From Candidatus Aldehydirespirator catecholifindens (GTDB taxonomy: Bacteria > Actinomycetota > Acidimicrobiia > Acidimicrobiales > Aldehydirespiratoraceae), in assembly GCA_028283245.1 (NCBI GenBank), contig JAPYNU010000046.1, positions 2,033 through 66,032 of the forward strand: a DNA stretch of 64,000 nucleotides, given 5' to 3'. The number at the start of each line of letters is the position of its first letter. Positions within the stretch are counted from its first letter, which is position 1. The notes under the pieces are model-generated. The model was given only the letters and a program-made list of their open reading frames with translations. It made no database searches and was not told the origin of the DNA. The position numbers and the translations under genes were made by a program. Shown here in pieces: positions 8,776 through 19,300 of the stretch.

Positions 8776-11255
8776 TGCGTCAACGTCTCACAAACCCTAG
8801 GCGGCGACTCAACTCAGGCACCTTCGTGACTGACACTGTGGCCGGTGCTGCCGGTGGCTGTCACCTTCGCAGCGATTCTTCACGCATATCCCTTGACGGT
8901 TTATGGGACATGTGGCTGGGCCCCTGCGATGATGCCTTAGCTGGACACCCTTGCGAACGCACCATCAACTTGCCAGCCAACTGGTGGCTACAAGGCGTTG
9001 ATCATTCAGGCAAAGCCACCTTTGCTCGCAACTTCAACGTGCCAGCGTCGGCGAGCAACCCCACGAGCGACAAGGCGAGCAATAAAACGAATAACACCCT
9101 ATGGCGACTGCGTTTTGAGGGTGTCGACTACTACTGTCGTGTCTGGCTTGACGGCGAACTGCTTGGTTCACATGAGGGCTATTTCGAGCCTTTCTGGTTT
9201 GACATGGCAGGCTTGAAGGCTGGGCCTCACCGCTTAGTGGTGGAGGTTGACTCACCCCATGAGCCTTGGGGCAGCGTCTGGCACATGCACAAAACCCTGC
9301 TTAAGGGAGTGCTTGGGCATCACGACGCCCGACCGGGTGCTGGCTGGAGCCGTGACGGCCAAGCACGCAACTCAGGTGGCATCTGGGCACCGGTCACGCT
9401 TGAAGCTTGGCCCGATCAGGTGATGATTGACAGCGTTGTCGTGCGCGCTAGCCCGTCGGGTGCCGATCATGCCGATGTCGACCTTTGCGGGACTCTGTGT
9501 GTTGCTGTGGCGGCTGACACGGCACCGTCAGCGGCCACAGTCAATCTCGCATTGACCGGCCCCAATGACTGCGGGCGAATGTCGGTAGACGTGGCTTTGC
9601 CGTCAGCATCTTCGGACGCTGGGTTGTCGGACACTGGGTTGTCGGATGCTGAGTCGTCAAGTTCAGAGTCTTCGGGCTTGGCATCTACAGCCACCGTAGA
9701 GTTCGAGTCTTCAGCTCGTCTACCGCTAGCAGACCGCTGGACCACTTGGTGCCGTGGGCAGCCAATGCTCTATGACGCTCAGGTCACCGTCACCGCAAAC
9801 AAACCTGACACCGACACAAGTTCCGTGCTGGCTGCCTACAAGCTCCGCACCGGGGTTCGCTCGTGCTCTGTGGACGACTCTTACCGCTGGTATCTCAACG
9901 GCGAAGAGATCTGGATCCGAGGCACTAACTACATCGGCACCTACTGGCCGACCGAATACACCGAGAAGCGGATGCGCCAAGATCTTGAACTGATCCGTGA
10001 CGCAGGCATCAACCAGGTGCGGGTTCATGCCCATGTGGTGGTCCCGAAGTTCTACGAAATAGCCGATGAACTGGGTTTGACTATCTGGCAGGATTTCCCG
10101 CTGCAGTGGGGTTACACCGACGATCCGACCTTCCACCGTGAAGCTCATCGCCAGATGAAAGCCATGATACGCCTCCTCGGTAGCCATCCTTCAATCGTTG
10201 CTTGGTGTTGTCACAACGAGTCGCCGTGGGATGCTCCCTGGATGGCCGACGAGTTCGGTGGCACCTTCGACCCTGACCACAACCGCCGCCTCGACAAAGA
10301 CTTAGAAGCCATCGCCCGAGCCGCTGACCCCAGCCGTTACGTGCATCGCAACAGCGGCACCGGCGACAGCCACCATTACGCCGGTTGGTATTTCGGGCAT
10401 TGGCAAGATTTCGCTTCGCGCCCCGGCGGCCCGTTCGTCACCGAATATGGATCGCTCGCCCCTCCTGATGTGGCCACACTGCGTGAGATCATTCCCGCCG
10501 AAGCTCATGCGTATGACTCCGCTGAGGCTCGGCGTGTCTGGGCATTTCACGACTTCCAGCACAAAGAAACCAAACAGCACATCAAGGTGCTGCCATCGGA
10601 TGGACTCGAACGCTACGTGGCCGCCGCTCAGGCCTATCAGGCGAATCTGATTCAGGTAGCGACCGAATCGTTCAGACGCGGCAAAGCCCGCCAACCCGGT
10701 GGATTGCCCGCCGACGGAGGGCCGCTCATCACCGGCGTGCATCATTTCATGGCGGTTGAAGGCTGGGAGGCACTCACTTGGGCTGTTATTGATCACAACC
10801 GCAACCCCAAACCTGGATATCACGCCTTGAGCCGGGCCATGGCCCCGCTGCTGGTGTGCGCTGAGTTGCTTGACAAAGCTGAAAGGCCCGCTCCGAGACC
10901 GCGTGCAAATCGTGTCATCATTTTGCGCTACTGGCTCATCAACGACCTAGCGCAGCCGCTACCCGAAGCAATGCTGCTTTGGAGTGTGCGACCGATCGCC
11001 GATCCCACACAGCCCGATCCTGCGAGTCCCGAAGATGCTGCGCCCGACGAAGCCCCGCCGCCCGACGAAGCCCCGACGACATTAGCGCAAGGGTCGTTGC
11101 CGGTTGCTGGCGCGTCCGCCGACTCTGCGATGATTATCGATCAGTCTCAGCTACGCGCACCGTGTGGCTGGCACCGTGTCGAGCTTCGCCTCACCGCCGC
11201 AAACCACCAAGAGCCGCTGGCTACCAATCATCTGGACTTTGAGGTACGGCGCTAA
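8775..11255 (+). CDS. Glycoside hydrolase family 2 (beta-mannosidase / exo-beta-glucosaminidase-like), catalytic residues present
   Basis: WRLRFEGVDYYCRVWLDGELLGSHEGYFEPFWFD sugar-binding domain. Acid/base motif WCCHNESPW and nucleophile motif FVTEYGS are present. ATG 8775 overlaps the stop of the permease gene. Confidence 0.8.
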   Translation: MRQRLTNPRRRLNSGTFVTDTVAGAAGGCHLRSDSSRISLDGLWDMWLGPCDDALAGHPCERTINLPANWWLQGVDHSGKATFARNFNVPASASNPTSDKASNKTNNTLWRLRFEGVDYYCRVWLDGELLGSHEGYFEPFWFDMAGLKAGPHRLVVEVDSPHEPWGSVWHMHKTLLKGVLGHHDARPGAGWSRDGQARNSGGIWAPVTLEAWPDQVMIDSVVVRASPSGADHADVDLCGTLCVAVAADTAPSAATVNLALTGPNDCGRMSVDVALPSASSDAGLSDTGLSDAESSSSESSGLASTATVEFESSARLPLADRWTTWCRGQPMLYDAQVTVTANKPDTDTSSVLAAYKLRTGVRSCSVDDSYRWYLNGEEIWIRGTNYIGTYWPTEYTEKRMRQDLELIRDAGINQVRVHAHVVVPKFYEIADELGLTIWQDFPLQWGYTDDPTFHREAHRQMKAMIRLLGSHPSIVAWCCHNESPWDAPWMADEFGGTFDPDHNRRLDKDLEAIARAADPSRYVHRNSGTGDSHHYAGWYFGHWQDFASRPGGPFVTEYGSLAPPDVATLREIIPAEAHAYDSAEARRVWAFHDFQHKETKQHIKVLPSDGLERYVAAAQAYQANLIQVATESFRRGKARQPGGLPADGGPLITGVHHFMAVEGWEALTWAVIDHNRNPKPGYHALSRAMAPLLVCAELLDKAERPAPRPRANRVIILRYWLINDLAQPLPEAMLLWSVRPIADPTQPDPASPEDAAPDEAPPPDEAPTTLAQGSLPVAGASADSAMIIDQSQLRAPCGWHRVELRLTAANHQEPLATNHLDFEVRR

Positions 11256-11461
11256 ATTTCCGACCTTGTAACGCTGATTTCCGACCTTGAGGTTGCACAG
11301 GTTGCACAGTTCTGGGCTAGGACTTGCCGTGACACGCCTTCAGCGTCTATGATCTCTGTAAACGTGTCGACGGGGCGTGAGGCTGGTCCCTCGTTGTCGG
11401 CTCTATCGCATCGCTGCCAGAAACTCAGGCCACTGGAGTGACGCAGACCGGAGACACTGCA

Positions 11462-12712
11462 ATGAGTGACCAACTCGCGATCCTCGGCGGAAATCCTGTC
11501 CGCTCCGAGGACTATCCCCCATGGCCTGACATTGACGAAGTGACAGAAACTTGCGTCGCTGAGGCGGTTCGCTCCGGTCAGTGGGGCGGGTTCCCTTTCC
11601 CAGGCCCTAACACGTTGCGTTTCGCGCTGCGGTTCGCGGCTTTGCACGACGTACGCCATGCCGTGCCCATGGCCAACGGCACTGTCACCATGGAAGTCGC
11701 GCTCAAGGCTCTCGGCATTGGCTGGGGTGACGAGGTGATCGTCCCGGCGCTCACCTTCTCGGCCACTGCCTACGCACCTATGGCCGCTGGAGCATTGCCG
11801 GTGATCGTTGATGTGTCGCCCGACACTTTGGCCATTGACCCTGACGCGGTTGAGGCTGCTATCACGCCTCGCACCAAAGCGATCCTTCCCGTGCATCTCG
11901 GCCAGGTGATGGCCGACATGGACCGGCTCACTGAGATCGCCGCTCGACATGATCTGTCGATAGTTGAGGACTGTGCTCATAGTCACGGCAAGCAGTGGCG
12001 CGGACGCAGCGCTGGAGCTATCGCCGAGTTCGGATCGTTCAGTCATCAAAGCTCAAAGATCCTCACCTCAGGCGAGGGTGGCACCCTTACCACCAACGAT
12101 GATCGTCTCGCTGAACTGGCGGCTTCCATCATTGACTGCGGTCGGGCTAAAGGCTCCAACTCTGAGCAAGGCACTTTCGGTGCTAATTACCGGCTCAGCG
12201 AACTGCAGGCAGCCGCGCTCGCGGCTCAGGTAGAGAAATTAGAGGATCAGATCGCCGAGCGCTCCGCCTCTGCCGCTTACTTCGAGGAACTGATCGTCGA
12301 TGTTGAAGGTGTGCGGCTGCTCACAGTGGATGAAAGAGTCACGAGACGCAGCTTTTATCGCTACATCGTTTGTATCGAACCTGATGCGTTCGCTGGTGTC
12401 GGCAACGGTTTGTTGTGCGATGCGCTTGACGCCGAAGGAATCGAATGCTGGGAGGGGTATCCATCGCTGACCCGTGATCCTTTGTTTCAGCCTTGGCTGA
12501 GCCGGCTGCCTGTGGCTGTGGAGCACGCCGATCGACTGCAGCCCGACGTGTGGGACTGTCCAGTGTCGGATCTGGCCGGGTCACGCCAGACGGTCTATTT
12601 AGACGAGAACATTTTTCGTGCCGGGCCGAAGGGAATCGAAGACACCGTGGCAGCGTTCCGCAAGATCTCTCAAAGCGCCTCTGAGCTGCGTTCGCTGACG
12701 AACGAAACCTGA
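11462..12712 (+). CDS. DegT/DnrJ/EryC1/StrS-family PLP-dependent sugar aminotransferase
   Basis: LAILGGNPVR N-terminus, DEVIVPALTFSAT, and SFSHQSSKILTSGEGG containing the PLP lysine. Confidence 0.85.
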   Translation: MSDQLAILGGNPVRSEDYPPWPDIDEVTETCVAEAVRSGQWGGFPFPGPNTLRFALRFAALHDVRHAVPMANGTVTMEVALKALGIGWGDEVIVPALTFSATAYAPMAAGALPVIVDVSPDTLAIDPDAVEAAITPRTKAILPVHLGQVMADMDRLTEIAARHDLSIVEDCAHSHGKQWRGRSAGAIAEFGSFSHQSSKILTSGEGGTLTTNDDRLAELAASIIDCGRAKGSNSEQGTFGANYRLSELQAAALAAQVEKLEDQIAERSASAAYFEELIVDVEGVRLLTVDERVTRRSFYRYIVCIEPDAFAGVGNGLLCDALDAEGIECWEGYPSLTRDPLFQPWLSRLPVAVEHADRLQPDVWDCPVSDLAGSRQTVYLDENIFRAGPKGIEDTVAAFRKISQSASELRSLTNET

Positions 12713-12767
12713 GAACGACACTCAAGAGCTACACCTGAGAGCACAGAATCCAAAAAGGAGACGCTGA

Positions 12768-13856
12768 ATGAGTCAGTCGATTCGTTTCGCAATATGTGGC
12801 ACCGGTTGGATAGCCCGGATGCATGCCCGTTCGATAGCAGCCGTGCCTAACACCGAACTGGTGGCAGTCCACAACCATCGCCAATCCAGCTTGGATGACT
12901 TCATCACTGATCATCCGGTGCCGGTCGCCACCACCGACTTCGACGAGTTCCTGACTGCGGTAGGCAACAATGCGGTAGGCGACGGTGGTGCCCATGTGGC
13001 GGTTGTGGCCACCCCTAATGCGCTGCACGCTCCTCAGTCGTTAGCGCTAATGCGCGCCGGAGCGCATGTCCTAGTCGAGAAACCGATGGCCGTATCAGTC
13101 GAAGAAGCCTCCGAGATGGTGGCCGTAGCCGACGAAACTGGACGTGCTTTGATGACCGGCCATATGTGGCGTTTTGATCCTGATGCGCGTTGGCTGCGAC
13201 AAGAGATTGCCGCCGGGGCTTTGGGCCAGATAATCCGAACCCGTTCATTAAGCGTCCACACATGGTGGGGGCCTTCGGGCTGGTTCCAGCAGCGGGCGCT
13301 AGCTGGCGGCGGCGCGCTTGCCGATATGGGGGTTCACGCCATAGACACCACCCGCTATCTGATTGGTGATCCTCAGCCGGTGCGTGTAACTGCCCGTGTC
13401 GGCACTCATTACGGCGACTACGACGTTGACGACACCGCTGTGCTGCTGATCGACTGGGATAACGGAGTCACCAGCCAAGTAGAAGCGGGTTGGTGGCAGG
13501 TGCAATCCGACGGCCCCGAAGCAGCCACCCGCTTGCACGGCACCCGAGCCTTCGGTTCGTTGTTCCCAACATTGATCGCCCGCGAAGTCCAAGACTCACA
13601 ACAAGACTCCGGTGATGACGGTGCTGACGATGATAATGACGGTGAAGCGAATCTTGAGATGAGCACACCGCCGCCGTTTGAGCGCAGCGATCATTGCGAC
13701 CCCAAGCTGTTTGAGGGCCAGATAGCTCACGCCGCCGATGTCGCCCAGGGGGAAGCCTCACCGGCGAACGGTCCCGATGTGGGGCTCACCGCGGTTCGGA
13801 TCATGGAAGCGGCATACCGCTCAGCACAAACCGACGAGGAGGTCAGACTGTCATGA
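12768..13856 (+). CDS. Gfo/Idh/MocA-family NAD(P)-dependent oxidoreductase
   Basis: IRFAICGTGWIARMHA Rossmann N-terminus and VLVEKPMAVS motif. Confidence 0.85.
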   Translation: MSQSIRFAICGTGWIARMHARSIAAVPNTELVAVHNHRQSSLDDFITDHPVPVATTDFDEFLTAVGNNAVGDGGAHVAVVATPNALHAPQSLALMRAGAHVLVEKPMAVSVEEASEMVAVADETGRALMTGHMWRFDPDARWLRQEIAAGALGQIIRTRSLSVHTWWGPSGWFQQRALAGGGALADMGVHAIDTTRYLIGDPQPVRVTARVGTHYGDYDVDDTAVLLIDWDNGVTSQVEAGWWQVQSDGPEAATRLHGTRAFGSLFPTLIAREVQDSQQDSGDDGADDDNDGEANLEMSTPPPFERSDHCDPKLFEGQIAHAADVAQGEASPANGPDVGLTAVRIMEAAYRSAQTDEEVRLS

Positions 13857-15118
13857 AGATCGCTGTTATCGGGGGTGCCAGCACTTACACCCCCGAACTG
13901 GTTCAAGGTATTGCTTCGCGAGGCGCTGCTCTTGGTGTTGAGCAGCTAGTCCTTCACGACATTGACATTGAACGACTCAACATTGTGGGCGGTTTCGCGC
14001 AACGCATTCTTCAGCACGCTGACTGGTCCGGCAGCCTAGAGCTAACCGAGGATCTGGACGCAGCTTTGACTGACGCTTCGTTTTGTCTGGTGCAACTGCG
14101 GGTGGGCGGCTTGCAGGCACGCCTTCAGGACGAAACGATCCCTCACCGTTTCGGGATCCTGGGTCAAGAGACCACCGGCCCCGGCGGTTTCGCTAAAGCT
14201 TTGCGTACTGTTCCGGTGGTGCTTGACATAGCGGCTCGTTACGCAAAGCTAGGCGCTTGTGATGGTTGGCTGATCGATTTCACCAACCCGGTATCGATCG
14301 TCAGTCAGGCACTTGCCGACAACAACTGTCGCGCTGTGGGATTGTGCAATGTCCCTATCGGGTTGCAGCGTGAGGTGGCAGCAATTTTTGGTGTGGACGC
14401 GTCACGAGTCGAACTCGAGTCGGTGGGGCTTAATCATGCTTCATGGTTCCGCGATGTGTGCATTGACGGTCACTCGGTGATGGCCGAGCTGATAAGCAGC
14501 CACGTTGACAGGATCGCTGAAGAGACCGGTTGGCCTGCTTCACAGATCACCAAAGCCGGGGTGATTCCCTCCTATTACCAGCTGTATTATCGTTATCCCG
14601 ACAAGATTCTCGCTGATCAGCTCGCCGAAGGCACCCGAGCCAGCGAAGTAATGGATATCGAACGCGGACTGCTTGAGCTCTACACCGATCCCAACCTTGT
14701 CGAGAAGCCAGCGCTGCTTGACGAGCGCGGTGGTGCTTGGTATTCCGAAGCGGCGATTGAGGTGATCGAGGCATTAGCTAGCGAGGTTGATGCTGGCCGC
14801 AATCTGGTTGTGAACGTGCCCAACGGCGACGCTTTGAGTGATTTACCGCCAGATCTGGTGGTTGAGGTTGCCTGTCGTGTTGATTCTTCAGGGGCGCAAC
14901 CGCTGCCGGGTGCGCCCCTAACGCAGGAGCAGCGCGAGCTGGTGCTGGCTTTGCACAACTATCAGCGCCTCACGATCGCCGCCGCCGTGTCGGGTGATCG
15001 CAATGTGGCCGTTGATGCTTTGGCTGCCAATCCGTTGGTGCCTTCACGCGATATTGCTGAACCTTTGCTGGCTGCGATTCTCGAAGCCAACCGGCAGCAT
15101 CTACCAGCCTTCGGCTAG
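13853..15118 (+). CDS. Glycoside hydrolase family 4 (6-phospho-beta-glucosidase / ChbF-CelF-like, NAD/Mn dependent)
   Basis: MKIAVIGGASTYTPELV N-terminus, GLCNVPIG, NHASWF. There is a 4-nt overlap with the upstream gene. Confidence 0.85.
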   Translation: MKIAVIGGASTYTPELVQGIASRGAALGVEQLVLHDIDIERLNIVGGFAQRILQHADWSGSLELTEDLDAALTDASFCLVQLRVGGLQARLQDETIPHRFGILGQETTGPGGFAKALRTVPVVLDIAARYAKLGACDGWLIDFTNPVSIVSQALADNNCRAVGLCNVPIGLQREVAAIFGVDASRVELESVGLNHASWFRDVCIDGHSVMAELISSHVDRIAEETGWPASQITKAGVIPSYYQLYYRYPDKILADQLAEGTRASEVMDIERGLLELYTDPNLVEKPALLDERGGAWYSEAAIEVIEALASEVDAGRNLVVNVPNGDALSDLPPDLVVEVACRVDSSGAQPLPGAPLTQEQRELVLALHNYQRLTIAAAVSGDRNVAVDALAANPLVPSRDIAEPLLAAILEANRQHLPAFG

Positions 15119-15130
15119 CGGTTTCGAGTC

Positions 15131-16135
15131 TTGGGCGCTGTGATCGTCGCCGTCGACGGCGGCAACTCCAAAACCGATGTGGCGTTGATCGCAGCCGACG
15201 GTGCGGTGCTAGGCACGGCACGAGCCGCGGCTGGCTCATATCACGCAGTCGGCATGAAGACCATGCTCAGCACTATCACAGGAGCGGTTCAAAGCGCCGC
15301 AGCCACCGGTGGCTTGGAGGTTCAAGGGCTCGCTGCGAAGCTGGGGGTTTACTGCCTAGCGGGTGCCGATCTTCCGGTTGATGATCGCAGATTGCAGCGC
15401 GAGTTTGATGCTGCGGGCATAGCAGACGGGTCGGTCATCCTCAACGACGCTTTTGCCGGGCTTCGGGCTGGATCACGGTCGGGTTGGGGGATTTCGCTGG
15501 TGTGCGGTGCCGGAATGAACTGCGCCGGGGTTGGGCCTACTGGCCGCACCGTGCGTTTCCCGGCGTTGGGGGCGCTCTCTGGCGATGAGGGTGGTGGCAG
15601 TGATCTGGCTGTGAGAGCTTTAGCTGCGGCTATCCGAGCGCGCGATGGTCGAGGGCCTCGCACAGTTTTGGAGACGCTGGTGCCTGGTCATTTCGGTTTG
15701 CGCCGTCCGATCGATGTGGTGACTGCGCTTCATACCGGCGAACCGCCTGATTTGGCTTTACCAGATTTGGCACCGGTTGTTTTCGCAGCGGCGAGCGATG
15801 GCGACTCGGTGGCTCGCAGCATTGTTGACTGGTTAGCCGATGAGCTGGTGCTGATGGCAGTGTCAGCGATCCGCCGTCTGCGCTTGGCCCGCTCAGAGTT
15901 TGAGCTGGTGTTCGTGGGCTCAATCTGGAAGACCAACGACTCTGCCTTCCATGATCGTGTGCATGACGGGCTGCTTCAGGTAGCACCCAGGGTGATCCTC
16001 CGGCGTTTGGATGCTCCTCCCGTGCTGGGTGCTGCGCTTCTGGGCTCAGATCGTCTTGATCTCGGCAGCGCTGCTGAGGCCAAGATTCGTGCTGAGCTAA
16101 CCGCCGAGCGCATCACCGATTTCGCTGCGGCTTGA
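15131..16135 (+). CDS. BadF/BadG/BcrA/BcrD-type ATPase (N-acetylglucosamine-kinase-like sugar kinase)
   Basis: VAVDGGNSKTD phosphate-1 motif and CGAGMN; ~330 aa. Confidence 0.75.
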   Translation: MGAVIVAVDGGNSKTDVALIAADGAVLGTARAAAGSYHAVGMKTMLSTITGAVQSAAATGGLEVQGLAAKLGVYCLAGADLPVDDRRLQREFDAAGIADGSVILNDAFAGLRAGSRSGWGISLVCGAGMNCAGVGPTGRTVRFPALGALSGDEGGGSDLAVRALAAAIRARDGRGPRTVLETLVPGHFGLRRPIDVVTALHTGEPPDLALPDLAPVVFAAASDGDSVARSIVDWLADELVLMAVSAIRRLRLARSEFELVFVGSIWKTNDSAFHDRVHDGLLQVAPRVILRRLDAPPVLGAALLGSDRLDLGSAAEAKIRAELTAERITDFAAA

Positions 16136-16307
16136 TAGTCACTCTCCCGGCAGTCACAGCGCCCAAGTCATAGTCCCATGTCGTAGCACTCTCGGTTGTG
16201 GGTTGAGCCCGACCCTCTGACAGACTTGACGATTGTCTGATCTAGTAGTATCTGCTATAGAGTTAAGGTAGGTAGTACTAGGTCCCCCAAGTTGTAAGGA
16301 GTTGACC

Positions 16308-16391
16308 ATGAGCGGTTCTGGATTTTCTGCTGATGTTGTGGGGTCGCGGGTTGGTGTTGCATCTGTGAATCGCGGGGGGGCTTGGCTGTGA
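16308..16391 (+). CDS. Possible 27-codon upstream ORF coupled to the large secreted-protein gene
   Basis: AAGGAG at 16296-16301 lies 6 nt before ATG 16308. The stop TGA at 16389-16391 overlaps GTG 16388 of the large ORF (GTGA). It contains a G7 run at 16374-16380. It may instead be a displaced true 5' end of the large gene. Confidence 0.3.
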   Translation: MSGSGFSADVVGSRVGVASVNRGGAWL

Positions 16392-19300
16392 GCTTCGTGC
16401 GTCGAGGCTGGGGATCGGCCTTGCGTTTGGTGGTTGTGCTGTTGGTAGGGGTGTTGTTGGCATCTGTTTTGGGGTTTGTTGACTCTGAGTCTGCTGTTGC
16501 GCAGTCACCGCCGCCACAGGGGTCTGTGGATGGGCCGGTGGTTGCTGCTGAACGGCCGTTCAACACCGGCATAGAGACAGTTTTTAAGGTGCCGCGGAAT
16601 TGGTCTTTGAATCCTGCTGGTATCCAGGTGGGTGACGATTTTCGTCTATTGTTTAAGACTTCTACAAGACGTAACGGTCTTTCAAATAATGTCGATGTTT
16701 TTAATGCTTATGTTCAGGCTGCGGCTGCTAGAGGTCATGGAGCGATTCGGGAGCATTCGTCATACTTTAGGTCGATAGTTGGCGTGTGGGGTGATAGCAC
16801 GGATCCGGTCTCTAATGCAGAATTGCGGCGTGGTACTGATATTGAGGCTCCGATTTTTTGGCTGAACGGGCCTCGTGTTTCTCAGGATTATAGCACTACT
16901 GATGGTGTGGGTTTTAATGCGAATCGTTGGGAGAATTGGGGTTTGCCTGATCGCCGTAATGAGTTTGGGGCTCAGGCTGATAATGACTACCCGTGGACAG
17001 GTTCGATTAGTGTTGGTCTGGGCATTCAGGAAGGATCTAGTTGGTCTTTGAGAAACGATCCTAACGGTTCCGCATTTACGGGCGGTTATGATGGTGATGA
17101 TACCGGCAGTCCAATGTCTATACAAGGCGAAACGCGAAATTTGACTGAGGAACATTCTTTTTATGCTATTTCGCCTGTATATCAAGTGACTTCCACGGTT
17201 GTGACGCCTGAGTTGCCTTCGCCTCTTGTTGAGATGGGGTCTGCTGAGTCGCCGGTGGTGCGTATTTTTTATTCGGGTGCCGATTCGATTGTTGAGGGTG
17301 GTTTAGCGTATTTTACGGTGTTTGCGCATCCTGCGCCAGCACGTCCGATTAGGGTGAATCTTGGGTTGTTGCATGACCTGGATTTTGGTGCAAGGTTGCG
17401 TAATGGTTCGTCGGTGTTGCTGTCGTCGTCTAGGTCTGCTGCTCAGGTGGTGGTAACGACTGTGGATGATAATGCTGATATGGATCTTAGTTTGCGGGGC
17501 AGGGATCTGTGGAATAAGGCTTTGGTTGATGCTGGGGCTGGGTCTTTTACGTTGGTGTTGTTAGAGGGACAGAGGTATCGGTTGGCACATAGCGATGAGG
17601 CACCGTCAGCGAAGCGTGTTCGTGTGACTGATAATGATAATGGTGCGCCTGAGGTGGTTGCTCGTCGTGCTCGTTGCCTTCAACTCACCGATAATCTATC
17701 AGATGCCCCTGCGGTGCTTTCTACTCGTGACTGTGTATGGCCACCTCCTGGGTATTCTGATGCGTATCGTTTCGTGGAGTTTGTGGCGAGTTCATCTGGG
17801 TTTACTCTAGGAGAGGGAGAATCGCGTGAGGTTGTGTTGACTTTTAGTCGCCGGACTTTGCTGACGCAACCGAATGATAGGATTCGTTGGCTACCGGATG
17901 CGGGTGCAGCTTCGTTTGTGAATATGGTTGTGTTGGGTAATGGCGTGTTGAATGATCATAATCAGGTGCGGGTGCGTGTTTCCGCGCGGCAAGTTGATGA
18001 TCCGTTGCCGAATTCGGTGGTTGAGGCGACTAGACCATGGGGTTATAATAGGCGGTATTTGTGGAATGGTCAGGTACGGGTTTGGAGGCCTCACGTTGAG
18101 AATGTGACTGTTTCTGGTGTGTTTGCGTTGCGCCAACCGCGTTTCACCCCAAACACGCGTGCTATTGTTAACGGACGAGAGATTGACGATAGTTATCTTG
18201 ACACTCCGAAACGCGTCTTTAGGGTGACGGTGTTGAACGATGATTTTAATGCTGACGCTGATTTTTATAGTATGAACGCGGATGCTAAGGCTTTGATCCT
18301 TGATATACGCAAAAATTTTGTTTGGTCTGGCGATCGAGCCAATATCACGCGTTGGCGGCGTGTGTTAGTGTTACTGAACGCTGCGTTGCATGGCAGTAAT
18401 GAGCCTAACTGGCTGCCGATGACTTTGGCTGAAGCACGCTCATACGCGGCTCGGGGTGCTGGCTGGGAGCGTTGGCATCGGGTTGTGAACGTGCTTGAAG
18501 TGTTGGGTTTCCCAGAAGGCGTTAACAACAAATCTTTTGTGCCTCAGAGTCTGATCGCTGACGTGCGAAGCTACGCAGCAGAAACCAGTAAAGGTGCAGC
18601 GCATGTCACCCTCTGGAAACGCGTGCTGCTCGCGCTCGGCGAGCAAGTGTGGGGTGGTTTTACCGAGAGCCCTATTACCCTCACCGAAGCGCAAGGTTAC
18701 GCTAACCAGTTCTCAAGCGTCCGCTGGGACCCAGTCGTGACCGCACTCACCATGCTGCAAACAGCACAAGCACAACCACAAAGCGAAAACACTGAGGTTG
18801 TGCCACGAAGCGAAAACACCGACGATACACAGCAAGAATCAAGCTACACGGTGCCTGCGCAACTGATCGCTGATGTGCGTGGTTACGCAGCTGAAACTGG
18901 TAACGGTGAAGCGCATGTGCATCGTTGGAAGCGAGTAATGCTCGCCTTCGGTGAGAGCGTGCCTGGCTTCACTGGCTCGCCTATGACCGCTGCTGAAGCA
19001 CAAAGCTATGCAGACAAAGGTTGGACTCGCTGGAACCCGATCGTCACGGTGCTTACTGCGTTGCAAACACCGCAAACAACCCAGTCACAGCCGCAAAGCG
19101 AAAACACTGAGGTTGTGCCACAAAGCGAAAACACTGATGACACACAGCAGGTGTCAAGCTACACGGTGCCTGCACAGTTGATTGCAGCTGTGCAAAGCTA
19201 CGCAGCAGAAACCATCGAAGGCACCGCGCACGTCACCCGCTGGAGACGAGTGTTGCTCGCGTTCGGTGAGACGGTCTCCGGGTTCACTGGCACGCCTATG

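Noticed and set aside
11252-12049. 265-aa minus-strand ORF opposite the aminotransferase gene
   Set aside because: It is a shadow ORF. The plus strand carries the DegT-family PLP-lysine motif.
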